A program made the position numbers and the translations under genes. This document shows, piece by piece, positions 1 to 7,274 of a stretch of 12,231 bases of DNA. This DNA comes from Candidatus Geohabitans tengchongensis. Its GTDB lineage: Bacteria > Sysuimicrobiota > Sysuimicrobiia > Sysuimicrobiales > Humicultoraceae. The notes beneath the pieces are model-generated. The model had not been told where the DNA came from. It ran no database searches and saw only the letters and a list, made by a program, of their open reading frames with translations. The stretch covers positions 1 to 12,231 of the forward strand of contig JAVKIH010000042.1 in assembly GCA_031459625.1 (NCBI GenBank), read 5' to 3'. Numbering within the stretch: position 1 is the first letter of the stretch; each line of letters opens with the position of its first letter.

Positions 1-134
1 CGGATGGCCGACTTGCGATGGTAGCCGGTCACGCGGCAGAACTCGTTGAGGATCCGGCTCTTCTCGCCACGGGCGGCGAGGGCGTAGGGGGGACGGAGAC
101 GAGCAGCGTACTCCCGGATGCTCTGCGGGCTCAT
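1..134 (-). CDS. Transposase N-terminus (DDE/integrase-core type IS), truncated by window edge
   Basis: Manual translation from ATG at 134 (minus strand): MSPQSIREYAARLRPPYALAARGEKSRILNEFCRVTGYHRKSAIR. This matches the 'K.RILDEFC..TGYHRK.AIR' N-terminal HTH signature of integrase-core IS transposases. SD AGGAGG at 144-139. Not in the ORF track. Confidence 0.8.
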   Translation of the reverse strand, partial: MSPQSIREYAARLRPPYALAARGEKSRILNEFCRVTGYHRKSAI

Positions 135-148
135 GGTGCCTCCTGATC

Positions 149-204
149 CGGTAACCGGATTTATGAGGCAACACTACCCCGCTCGGTAACCTGAATTATG
201 AGGC
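149..204. repeat. Two 21-bp direct repeats, probable transposase-binding sites
   Basis: 149-169 CGGTAACCGGATTTATGAGGC and 184-204 CGGTAACCTGAATTATGAGGC; 19/21 identical, 35-bp period. Confidence 0.85.
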
Positions 205-215
205 GGATCGCCCGC

Positions 216-245
216 TAGACAAGGTCGAAGGCCCACCCCTACACT
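216..245 (+). promoter_or_regulatory. Putative sigma70 promoter for pgpH operon
   Basis: TAGACA (216-221), 18-nt spacer, TACACT (240-245). The ATG lies 10 nt further on with no SD. The -10 sits inside the inverted repeat CCCTACA-CT-TGTAGGG (237-252). Confidence 0.5.
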
Positions 246-255
246 TGTAGGGCTT

Positions 256-2361
256 ATGAGCGCCCTCGAGCGCGCGCGGCGGTTCCCGGTCACCGCGCTG
301 GCGCACCCCGGGGTCCGCAAGGGCCTGATCGGGTTCCTCACCTTCCTCGCCCTCCTGGCCGCCACGGCGTTCCACGCGCTGCCGCGGCCGCTGGAGGTGC
401 GCCCCGGCCAGATCGCCCCGCGCGACATCGAAGCCCCGCGCACGGTGGAGTACGTGGACGAGGTGCAGACCGCCGCCCGCCGCCGCCTGGCCGCGGCCGC
501 CGTGGAGCCGGTCTACCGGCCGGCCCCGGCGGCCACGGCCTCGGCGCGCACCGCCGTGCGCCGCGTCTTCGACGCCCTCCTGCGGCTGCAGACCGCCGGA
601 CACCTCACCGTGCTGGAGCGCCGCGCGGCCCTGCGCGAGCAGGTGGGGGTGACGCTCGACCCGGAGGCGGTGGCCGCCGGGCTCTCCCTCGACCCCGCGG
701 TGCTGCGCCAGGCCCAGCGCGCCGCCGAGGAGGTCGTGGTCGAGGTGATGGCCGAGGGGGTGCGCCTGGACCAGCTCGACGACGCCCGGGCCCGCGTGCG
801 CCGCATGCTGCAGGCCTCCGGCCTGCGGGGGCGCGCCCTCACCGTGGCCAGTGCGGTCGGCCAGGCGGCGGTGCGCCCCAACCTCTTCGCTGACCAGGCG
901 GCCACGCGCGCCCTGCGCCGTGAGGCGGCCGAGGCGGTCCAGCCGGTGCGCGTACGCGTCCTGCGCGGCGAGGTGATCGTCCGCCGCGGCGACCGCATCA
1001 CCGAGGAGCACATGCAGCGCCTGGCCGCCCTCGGCCTGCTGGGCGCGCCCACGGGCTGGGAGACGGTGCTGGGCAGCGCGGCCGTGATCGCCCTCCTGCT
1101 CGCCGTCACCGCCGTCTACCTGGTCGAGTACCAGCGGGAGATCTGGCGGGTGGACCGCCACCTGCTCCTGTGGAGCCTGGTGGTGGTGCTCACGGCGGTG
1201 GTGGCGCGGGCGGTGATCGCCTCGCGCTACAACGTCTACCTGATCCCGGCCGCCGTGGGGCCCATCCTGCTGGCGACCCTCCTGCAGCCGCGCCTGGCCC
1301 TCCTCACCTCGGCGGTGCTGGCGCTGCTGCTCGGTCTCATGGGGGGCGGCGACTACCGCTTGGCCGTCGTCGCCTTCGTCGGCGGCATGGTGGGGGTGTA
1401 CGCCATCCGCCGCATCAACCACCGCACCGACCTGGTGGTGGCCGGGCTGAAGGTGGGCCTGGCCACCGCCGCGACGGTGGGGGCGGTGGGGCTCTTCGAG
1501 CGCCACCCGCTCTACCCGCGCCTGGTCACCGACGCCGCCTTCGGCATGGCCAATGGGCTGCTCGTGGGGGTCATGAGCATCGGGCTGCTGCCCTACCTGG
1601 AGAACCTCTTCGGCCTGGTCACGCCGATCAAGCTGTTGGAGCTGAGCAACCCGGGCCACCCCCTGCTCCGCCGCCTGCAGCTGGAGGCGCCCGGCACCTA
1701 CCACCACAGCATCATCGTGGCCAACCTGGCCGAGGCGGCGGCGGAGGCCATCGGTGCCGACCCGCTGCTGGTGCGCGTGGGCACCTACTACCACGACGTC
1801 GGCAAGATCCGCCGCCCGGTCTTCTTTCGGGAGAACCAGATCGGCGTGGAGAACCCCCACGAGCGGATGTCCCCCAGCCTCTCGGCGCTCGTGGTGGCGG
1901 CGCACGTGAAGGACGGGCTCGAGCTGGCGCGGGAGTACCGGCTGCCCCGGGTCATCGCCGACTTCATCCCCCAGCACCACGGGACGACGCTGATCGCCTA
2001 CTTCTACCACCGGGCCCGGCAGCGCGGGGACGAGCCGGAGGCGGCCACCTACCGCTACGAGGGCCCCAAGCCCCAGTCGCGGGAGACGGCCATCGTCATG
2101 CTGGCGGACGGAGCGGAGGCAGCGGTGCGCTCGCTGCAGCGCCCCACGCCGGACCGCATCTACGAGGTGGTGCGCTCCATCATCCGCGACCGCCTGGAGG
2201 ACGGGCAGCTGGACGAGTGCGACCTCACCTTCCGGGACCTGGAGCGGATCGCGCAGGCGTTCACGCGGATCCTCACCGGGATCTTCCACCCGCGCATCGA
2301 ATACCCGGAGCTGGAGCGCGACGTCACCATGCGGCGCCAGCGCCTCGCCCGCATCCGCTGA
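256..2361 (+). CDS. pgpH: 7TM-HD (HDIG) membrane phosphohydrolase, PgpH-like c-di-AMP phosphodiesterase, 701 aa
   Basis: N-terminal TM, extracellular domain, multi-TM block, then HD motifs APGTYHHS, YYHDVGK, HVKDG, QHHGTT, YRYEGPKPQSRE and LADGAEAA. Lies immediately upstream of ybeY, as in the conserved operon. Confidence 0.9.
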   Translation: MSALERARRFPVTALAHPGVRKGLIGFLTFLALLAATAFHALPRPLEVRPGQIAPRDIEAPRTVEYVDEVQTAARRRLAAAAVEPVYRPAPAATASARTAVRRVFDALLRLQTAGHLTVLERRAALREQVGVTLDPEAVAAGLSLDPAVLRQAQRAAEEVVVEVMAEGVRLDQLDDARARVRRMLQASGLRGRALTVASAVGQAAVRPNLFADQAATRALRREAAEAVQPVRVRVLRGEVIVRRGDRITEEHMQRLAALGLLGAPTGWETVLGSAAVIALLLAVTAVYLVEYQREIWRVDRHLLLWSLVVVLTAVVARAVIASRYNVYLIPAAVGPILLATLLQPRLALLTSAVLALLLGLMGGGDYRLAVVAFVGGMVGVYAIRRINHRTDLVVAGLKVGLATAATVGAVGLFERHPLYPRLVTDAAFGMANGLLVGVMSIGLLPYLENLFGLVTPIKLLELSNPGHPLLRRLQLEAPGTYHHSIIVANLAEAAAEAIGADPLLVRVGTYYHDVGKIRRPVFFRENQIGVENPHERMSPSLSALVVAAHVKDGLELAREYRLPRVIADFIPQHHGTTLIAYFYHRARQRGDEPEAATYRYEGPKPQSRETAIVMLADGAEAAVRSLQRPTPDRIYEVVRSIIRDRLEDGQLDECDLTFRDLERIAQAFTRILTGIFHPRIEYPELERDVTMRRQRLARIR

Positions 2362-2365
2362 CGAC

Positions 2366-2863
2366 GTGCGGGTGGCGGTGGCGAACCGACAGCGGGCGGT
2401 GCGGGTGTCAGCGGCGGCCCTGCGCCGGGCGGCGCGCCATGCTTTGCGGGCCGAGGGGGCACCGCGGGACGTGGAGCTGAGCATCGCGGTGGTGGACGAC
2501 GCGGCGATCCGGGCGCTCAACCGGCGCTACCGCGGGGAGGACCGGGCCACGGACGTCCTGGCTTTCCCTCAGGCCCCGCCTGGCCGCTCGGGGCCCGGCC
2601 TGATGGCCCTCGGCGGTGGGCAAGGAGTGGTGTTGGGGGACGTGGTGCTCTCCGCCGAACGGGCGGCCGTGCAGGCTGCGGCGCTCGGGCACTCGACCGC
2701 CCGCGAACTCGCGCTCCTGGTCATCCACGGGGTCCTCCACCTGCTGGGCTACGACGACACCGCCCCGGCGGGGGCCCGGCGCATGCGCGCCCGTCAGGAG
2801 GCGCTCCTGGAGGCCTTCTACCGCCGGCGCCGGGCGGCGGCACGGGGCGCGAAGCGGCGGTGA
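2366..2863 (+). CDS. ybeY: rRNA maturation endoribonuclease YbeY, 165 aa
   Basis: LNRRYRGEDRATDVLAFP, LGDVVLS and HGVLHLLGYDD motifs; GTG start 4 nt after the pgpH stop. Confidence 0.95.
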   Translation: MRVAVANRQRAVRVSAAALRRAARHALRAEGAPRDVELSIAVVDDAAIRALNRRYRGEDRATDVLAFPQAPPGRSGPGLMALGGGQGVVLGDVVLSAERAAVQAAALGHSTARELALLVIHGVLHLLGYDDTAPAGARRMRARQEALLEAFYRRRRAAARGAKRR

Positions 2864-3285
2864 AGCACACCCTCGCCCAGTCCTTCCGGTTTGCGCTCAG
2901 CGGCCTGGCCCTGGCCTGGCGCACGCAGCGGAACCTGCGCATCCACGCGGTGGCCGCCGCCGCGGTGGTCGTGGCCGTGGCCCTCCTGCCCCTGGGGAGT
3001 GCGGAGCGCGCGGTGCTCGTGCTGGCCGCGGCCCTCGTGGTGGCGGCCGAGCTGTTCAACACGGCGGTGGAGATGCTGGTCGACCTGCTGAGCTCCAACG
3101 GACGCCCCCCGGGTCATCCGGCCCGTCCAGACCCGGGGGCCCACGCCGCCAATCCCGACCGGGTAGCGGTCCACCCCCCATCCCCCGCCCGGGCGGCCAA
3201 GGACCTGGCCGCCGCCGCCGTCCTGGTGCTGGCCGCGGGCGCAGCCGCCGCCGGGGTTCTCGTCCTCCTCCCCCACCTGCCATGA
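2860..3285 (+). CDS. dgkA: DgkA-family diacylglycerol/undecaprenol kinase, 141 aa, with loop insertion
   Basis: SFRFALSGL...QRNLRIH, ELFNTAVE..VDL and AKDLAAAAV motifs; three TM segments; GTGA overlap with ybeY. Confidence 0.92.
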   Translation: MKHTLAQSFRFALSGLALAWRTQRNLRIHAVAAAAVVVAVALLPLGSAERAVLVLAAALVVAAELFNTAVEMLVDLLSSNGRPPGHPARPDPGAHAANPDRVAVHPPSPARAAKDLAAAAVLVLAAGAAAAGVLVLLPHLP

Positions 3286-5369
3286 GCGACCTCCCCCGCC
3301 CATCTCGTCCCCCCGACGTCCAGGTCTGGAGCGACCAGCCGGGCGGCCCGACCATCCCCCCGGCCGACCCCACCGTCCCCCCGGCCGACCGGGAAGCGGT
3401 GGAGGCCGTCCTGCGCGAGGTGGAGCCGGAGTTCGGCTACCGCCGGCTGGTCGGACCGTTCGCCGCGACGGTGGCGGTCATCGCCGGGCTCATGTCGCTC
3501 TTCCACCTCTACACGGCGCGCTTCGGCGCGCTGGAGACGCTGCGCCAGCGCTCCGCCCACCTGGCCTTCGTCATGGCCGTGGTCTTCCTGCTCTACCCCA
3601 TCCGGCGCCGCCACAGCGACCAGCGCCGCTTCGGCGTGCTGGACGTCGTGCAGGCCCTCGTGGCGGTGGGCGTGATGCTCTACGTCTTCGTGAACCAGGC
3701 CGGGCTGGCGGTGCGGGCCGGGCGCCTCACCCCCCTGGACCTGGCCGTGGGCGTGCTGGGGGTGCTGGTCGTCCTGGAGGCCGGGCGGCGGGTGCTGGGC
3801 GTGCTGCCCTTCATCGCCCTGGTCCTCCTGGTCTACCCCTTCGTCGGCCACCTCCTCCCCGGCGCGCTGGGCGTCCCGCCGGTGACGGTGGCCCGGGTCA
3901 TCGAGCACATGTTCTTCACCACCGAGGGGGTCTTCGGCATCCCCGTGGGCGTGTCGGCCACCTTCGTCTTCATGTTCGTGCTGCTGGGCGCGTTCCTGGA
4001 GCGCACCGGGCTCGGCCAGCTCTTCGTCGACATCGCCATGGCCCTGGCCGGGTGGATGACCGGCGGGCCGGCCAAGGTCTCCGTCCTCTCCAGCGCCTTC
4101 ATCGGCACGGTCTCGGGCAGCTCGGTGGCCAATGTCGTCACCGACGGGGTCTTCAACATCCCCCTGATGAAGCGCCTGGGCTACCACCCGGTCTTCGCCG
4201 GCGGGGTGGAGGCGGCCACCTCGGTGGGCGGGCAGCTCATGCCGCCGGTGATGGGGGCGGCGGCCTTCGTCATGGCCGAGTTCCTCGGCGTGCCCTACCT
4301 GACCATCGCCAAGGCGGCGGCGCTGCCGGCCATCTTCTACTTCCTGGCCATGGCGATGATGATCCACTTCGAGGCGAAGCGGCTGGGCCTGCGCGGCCTG
4401 CCGCGCCACGAGCTGCCGTCGGTGCGCGCGATCCTGTGGAGCCGCGGCTACCTGGTGGCCCCGCTGGTCTTCGTCGTGGGCTTCCTCCTGGAGGGCTACA
4501 CGCCGGTGACGGCGGCCTTCTGGGGGATCGTCGTCTCGGCGGCCGTCCACGTCATCACCGTGCTCAAGACCCACCGCGGCGCGCTGCCCGTTCGTCTCGC
4601 CGCCTACCTGCAGGACATCTGGGGCACGCTGGTCTACGGCGCCCGCAACGCCATCAGCGTGGCCGTCGCCACCGCCGTGGTGGGGATCATCATCGGCGTG
4701 GTCACCCTCACCGGGCTGGGGCTGAAGTTTGTCAGCCTGACCGTCGCCCTGGGCCAGCACAACCTCTTCCTGACGCTGGTGCTGGTGGCCGTCGCCTGCA
4801 CCATCATCGGCTCGGGCATCCCCACCACCGCCACCTACATCATCCTGGCGGCCATCGCCGCGCCAGCGGTGGCCCAGCTCGGCGTCCCGCCGCTGGCGGC
4901 GCACCTCTTCATCTTCTACTTCGGGGTGATCGCCGACCTGACCCCGCCCGACGCGCTGGCGGCCTACGCCGCCGCCGGCATCGCCCGGGCCGACCCGCTG
5001 CGCACCGGGCTTGCCGCCACCCGCGTGGCGCTGGCCGGCATCATCGTCCCCTTCGTCTTCGTCTACTCCCCGGCCCTGCTGCTCCAGGGGGCCGGCCTGG
5101 AAGCCGTGGTGACGACGACGCTCACGGGCGTCCTCGGCGTCATCGCGCTCGCCGCCGCCGCCTCCGGGTACCTGTTGCGGCCGGCCTCGGCCCTGGAGCG
5201 GGTGCTCCTCCTGCTGGCGGCGGTCAGCCTGATCTTCCACCGGGTGACCTGGGACGTGGCCGGCGCGGTGCTCCTCGTCGGGGTGGCCTTGATCCAGCGG
5301 CTCCTCCCCCGGGCGGTCCTGCCGGCGAGAAGGGACAAACCCGACCTGGAGCGTGCGGAGGCGGGGTAG
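3282..5369 (+). CDS. TRAP transporter fused 4TM/12TM permease (TAXI-type DctQM), about 695 aa
   Basis: GGPAKVSVLSSAFIGTVSGSSVAN, GGQLMPPVMGAAAF, GIPTTATY and ADLTPP motifs; many TM segments. Start reassigned from 2616 to ATG 3282 (ATGA overlap with the dgkA stop). Confidence 0.92.
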   Translation: MSDLPRPSRPPDVQVWSDQPGGPTIPPADPTVPPADREAVEAVLREVEPEFGYRRLVGPFAATVAVIAGLMSLFHLYTARFGALETLRQRSAHLAFVMAVVFLLYPIRRRHSDQRRFGVLDVVQALVAVGVMLYVFVNQAGLAVRAGRLTPLDLAVGVLGVLVVLEAGRRVLGVLPFIALVLLVYPFVGHLLPGALGVPPVTVARVIEHMFFTTEGVFGIPVGVSATFVFMFVLLGAFLERTGLGQLFVDIAMALAGWMTGGPAKVSVLSSAFIGTVSGSSVANVVTDGVFNIPLMKRLGYHPVFAGGVEAATSVGGQLMPPVMGAAAFVMAEFLGVPYLTIAKAAALPAIFYFLAMAMMIHFEAKRLGLRGLPRHELPSVRAILWSRGYLVAPLVFVVGFLLEGYTPVTAAFWGIVVSAAVHVITVLKTHRGALPVRLAAYLQDIWGTLVYGARNAISVAVATAVVGIIIGVVTLTGLGLKFVSLTVALGQHNLFLTLVLVAVACTIIGSGIPTTATYIILAAIAAPAVAQLGVPPLAAHLFIFYFGVIADLTPPDALAAYAAAGIARADPLRTGLAATRVALAGIIVPFVFVYSPALLLQGAGLEAVVTTTLTGVLGVIALAAAASGYLLRPASALERVLLLLAAVSLIFHRVTWDVAGAVLLVGVALIQRLLPRAVLPARRDKPDLERAEAG
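3348..3389 (+). repeat. In-frame 21-bp tandem duplication (PTIPPAD/PTVPPAD)
   Basis: 3348-3368 CCGACCATCCCCCCGGCCGAC versus 3369-3389 CCCACCGTCCCCCCGGCCGAC; 19/21 identical. Confidence 0.8.
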
Positions 5370-5401
5370 TGCGGCAGCGCGCGGAGGCGAGGTAGTGCGG
5401 C
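5350..5401 (+). repeat. 26-bp tandem duplication of the TRAP/DUF1850 junction
   Basis: 5350-5375 AGCGTGCGGAGGCGGGGTAGTGCGGC versus 5376-5401 AGCGCGCGGAGGCGAGGTAGTGCGGC; 24/26 identical. Each copy has GGAGG plus TAGTG. Confidence 0.9.
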
Positions 5402-5883
5402 TGGTGGCAGCCGGGGCGGCGGGGGCGGCGGTGGTGCTGCTCGCCGCCCTGGCCTGGCCCGTGCGGGTGGTGACGGTCACCGTCATCCCGGCCGGAGCGG
5501 TGCGCCCGCGCGTCGCCCTGGAGGTCCCGCTGCGCGCGCCCCTGCCGCTGCGGGTGACCTACGTGCACTCGGTGGAGCGGACGCCCGTGGTCGAGCACTA
5601 CGAGGCCGCGCGGCCGGGGCTGCGCCTGGTGGGGATGACCTTCACCGCGCAGGGGGCCGGCCTGCCCTCGAGCGGCTACACCACGGAGGACGGGCACTTC
5701 CAGCTGCGCGCGGACCGGGCGCTGCCGCGCCTGGCCATCCGGGTGAGCGCGGCGGCGCCGCCGCACCTGACGCTGGGCGGCACCACGCTCGACCTGCTGC
5801 GCCTGGCCGGCGACGGCGGGAGCGTGACCGTAGAGGTGCGGTGGCGCCCCTGGTGGCGCCTCCGCCCTGTGGTATACTGGTAG
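5395..5883 (+). CDS. DUF1850 family protein (TAXI-TRAP associated), about 162 aa
   Basis: N-terminal TM anchor, YVHSVERTPVVEHY and GAGLP motifs, adjacency to a TAXI permease. Start set at GTG 5395 (GGAGG at 5383-5387) rather than 5353. Confidence 0.85.
   Translation: MRLVAAGAAGAAVVLLAALAWPVRVVTVTVIPAGAVRPRVALEVPLRAPLPLRVTYVHSVERTPVVEHYEAARPGLRLVGMTFTAQGAGLPSSGYTTEDGHFQLRADRALPRLAIRVSAAAPPHLTLGGTTLDLLRLAGDGGSVTVEVRWRPWWRLRPVVYW
5870..5878 (+). promoter_or_regulatory. Putative internal extended -10 promoter (TG-G-TATACT)
   Basis: TGGTATACT is a rare AT-rich match in very GC-rich DNA and lies about 100 nt upstream of the CNNM gene start. Confidence 0.5.
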
Positions 5884-5900
5884 GTGACGTGACCGCGACG

Positions 5901-5932
5901 GGCGGAGAGTCGACTCTCCGCCTTTCGAGTTT
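5901..5932 (+). terminator. Intrinsic terminator-like hairpin
   Basis: Perfect palindrome GGCGGAGAGTCGACTCTCCGCC (5901-5922) followed by TTTCGAGTTT, 17 nt after the DUF1850 stop. The U-tract is interrupted. Confidence 0.6.
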
Positions 5933-5975
5933 CGGGCCGCCCGGCGAGCGGGCGGCCGGATGGTGATCGCACTCC

Positions 5976-7274
5976 TTGGACGCATCAGATAGTCCCCTCG
6001 GGCTGGTCCTGTACGTGGCCCTGGCCCTCCTGTCCGCCTGCGCCTCCACGGCGGAGGTGGCCCTGCTGGCGGCCAACCGCCAGCGCCTGCGCCAGCGGGC
6101 CGACGCCGGCGAGGCGCGGGCGCGCCGCGCCCTCCGCCTGATCGCCGACCCGGTGCGGGTCCACTCCACGCTGCTCGTGGCCGACACCCTGGCCAACGTT
6201 GGCGCGGCCGCCGTGGCGGTCGTGCTCTTCCTGCGCTGGTGGGGGCCGGGAGCGGCGGCGCTGGCGGCCTTCCTCGTCACCGCCGCGCTGCTGCTCCTCC
6301 TGGGGGAGCTCGTGCCCCGGGCGCTGGGGGCGCGCTTCGCCGACCGGCTGGCCCCGGTCCTGGCCGGACCGGTACAGGTCCTCGCCGTCGCGCTGGCGCC
6401 GCTCGTCCGGGCCCTGGCGCTGGCCGGCCGGGTGGTCGTCCTGCCGCTGGGGGCGCGCGTGCGCCCCAACGCGTTGGTGACGGAGGAGGAGATCCGGCTG
6501 CTGGTGGAGCGCGGCGAGGCCGAGGGGGTCATCGAGCGGGACGAGCGGGAGATGATCCACTCCATCTTCGAGTTCGGGGATACGGTGGCGCGGGAGGTGA
6601 TGGTCCCGCGCATCGACATGGAGGCCATCGAGGACACCGCCACGGTGCGTCAGGCGGTAGACCGCCTGGTGGCCACCGGGCACTCGCGCCTGCCGGTCTT
6701 CCACGAGTCGCTGGACAACATCGTGGGCGTGCTCTACTACAAGGACCTGCTGCGGCCGCTGGCGGCGGGGCTGGCCGACGCGCCGGTGCGCCAGTTCATG
6801 CGGCCGGCCTACTTCATCCCCGAGTCGAAGCGCCTCGACGAGCTCTTCCGGGAGATGCAGCGGCGCAAGGTCCACATGGCCGTGGTGGTGGACGAGTACG
6901 GCGGGACGGCGGGGCTCGTCACGCTGGAGGACCTGCTGGAGGAGATCGTCGGCCCCATCCTGGACGAATACGACGTGGAGGAACCGCTGGTCGAGGTGGT
7001 GAGCGACCGCGAGGCGGTGGTGGCCGGGCGCATGCACCTGGAGGAGGTGAACGACCTCCTCCACCTGGCCCTCCCCGTCGGCGAGGTGGATACCATCGGC
7101 GGCTTCGTCACCAGCCTGCTGGGGCGCGTCCCCGAGGCGGGAGAGCGCGTCGCCTACGACGGGGTGGAGATCGTCGTGGAGCGCGTGGACGGGCCGCGGG
7201 TCGCCGCCGTGCGCATCCGCCGGGTGCCGGAGGGGGCGCCCGTGGCGCGCGCGGCCGGGGGCCCCGAGGCGTAG
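5976..7274 (+). CDS. CNNM/CorB (hemolysin-family) protein, DUF21-CBS-CBS-CorC, putative Mg2+/Co2+ exporter, 432 aa
   Basis: S.AE.AL, GELVPR, REVMVPRID, GHSRLPV, VVDEYGGTAGLVTLEDLLEEIVG and DTIGGF motifs. TTG start with SD-like GGATGGTGA (5958-5966). Confidence 0.93.
   Translation: MDASDSPLGLVLYVALALLSACASTAEVALLAANRQRLRQRADAGEARARRALRLIADPVRVHSTLLVADTLANVGAAAVAVVLFLRWWGPGAAALAAFLVTAALLLLLGELVPRALGARFADRLAPVLAGPVQVLAVALAPLVRALALAGRVVVLPLGARVRPNALVTEEEIRLLVERGEAEGVIERDEREMIHSIFEFGDTVAREVMVPRIDMEAIEDTATVRQAVDRLVATGHSRLPVFHESLDNIVGVLYYKDLLRPLAAGLADAPVRQFMRPAYFIPESKRLDELFREMQRRKVHMAVVVDEYGGTAGLVTLEDLLEEIVGPILDEYDVEEPLVEVVSDREAVVAGRMHLEEVNDLLHLALPVGEVDTIGGFVTSLLGRVPEAGERVAYDGVEIVVERVDGPRVAAVRIRRVPEGAPVARAAGGPEA

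Larger units (their letters stand above)
1..210 (-). mobile_element. Left end of an insertion sequence (boundary approximate)
   Basis: Transposase start plus two AT-richer 21-bp direct repeats upstream of it. The exact end cannot be fixed without the other end of the element. Confidence 0.65.

Noticed and set aside
149..204. Possible mini-CRISPR (two repeats with a spacer)
   Set aside because: Only two 21-bp units with a 14-nt gap, no cas genes, and directly upstream of a transposase. IS end repeats explain it better.
1170..2480. 436-aa alternative-frame plus-strand ORF (likewise 4052-5395, 7647-8747, 8698-9531)
   Set aside because: G/P/R/A-rich off-frame translations of real genes in high-GC DNA.
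196..2520. 774-aa minus-strand ORF
   Set aside because: Antisense shadow of pgpH. Strong GC3 bias removes stops on the opposite strand, and no recognisable motifs are present.
2616..3281. Apparent long N-terminal extension of the TRAP permease (likewise 6239-7273 for DUF502 and 7408-7887 for cdd)
   Set aside because: These overlap well-supported upstream genes. Better starts exist at stop/start overlaps (3282, 7274, 7888).
3114..5486. 790-aa minus-strand ORF
   Set aside because: Antisense shadow of the TRAP permease, with the H/D/G/Q/R-rich composition typical of such shadows.
5884..5966. Small ORFs before the CNNM gene (GTG-ACG-TGA at 5884-5892; 25-codon ORF at 5889-5966)
   Set aside because: No convincing SD spacing or distinctive composition; expected by chance.
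5976..7274. 'Hemolysin' as a virulence factor
   Set aside because: The architecture is CNNM/CorB-type metal transporter. The hemolysin label is a legacy family name.
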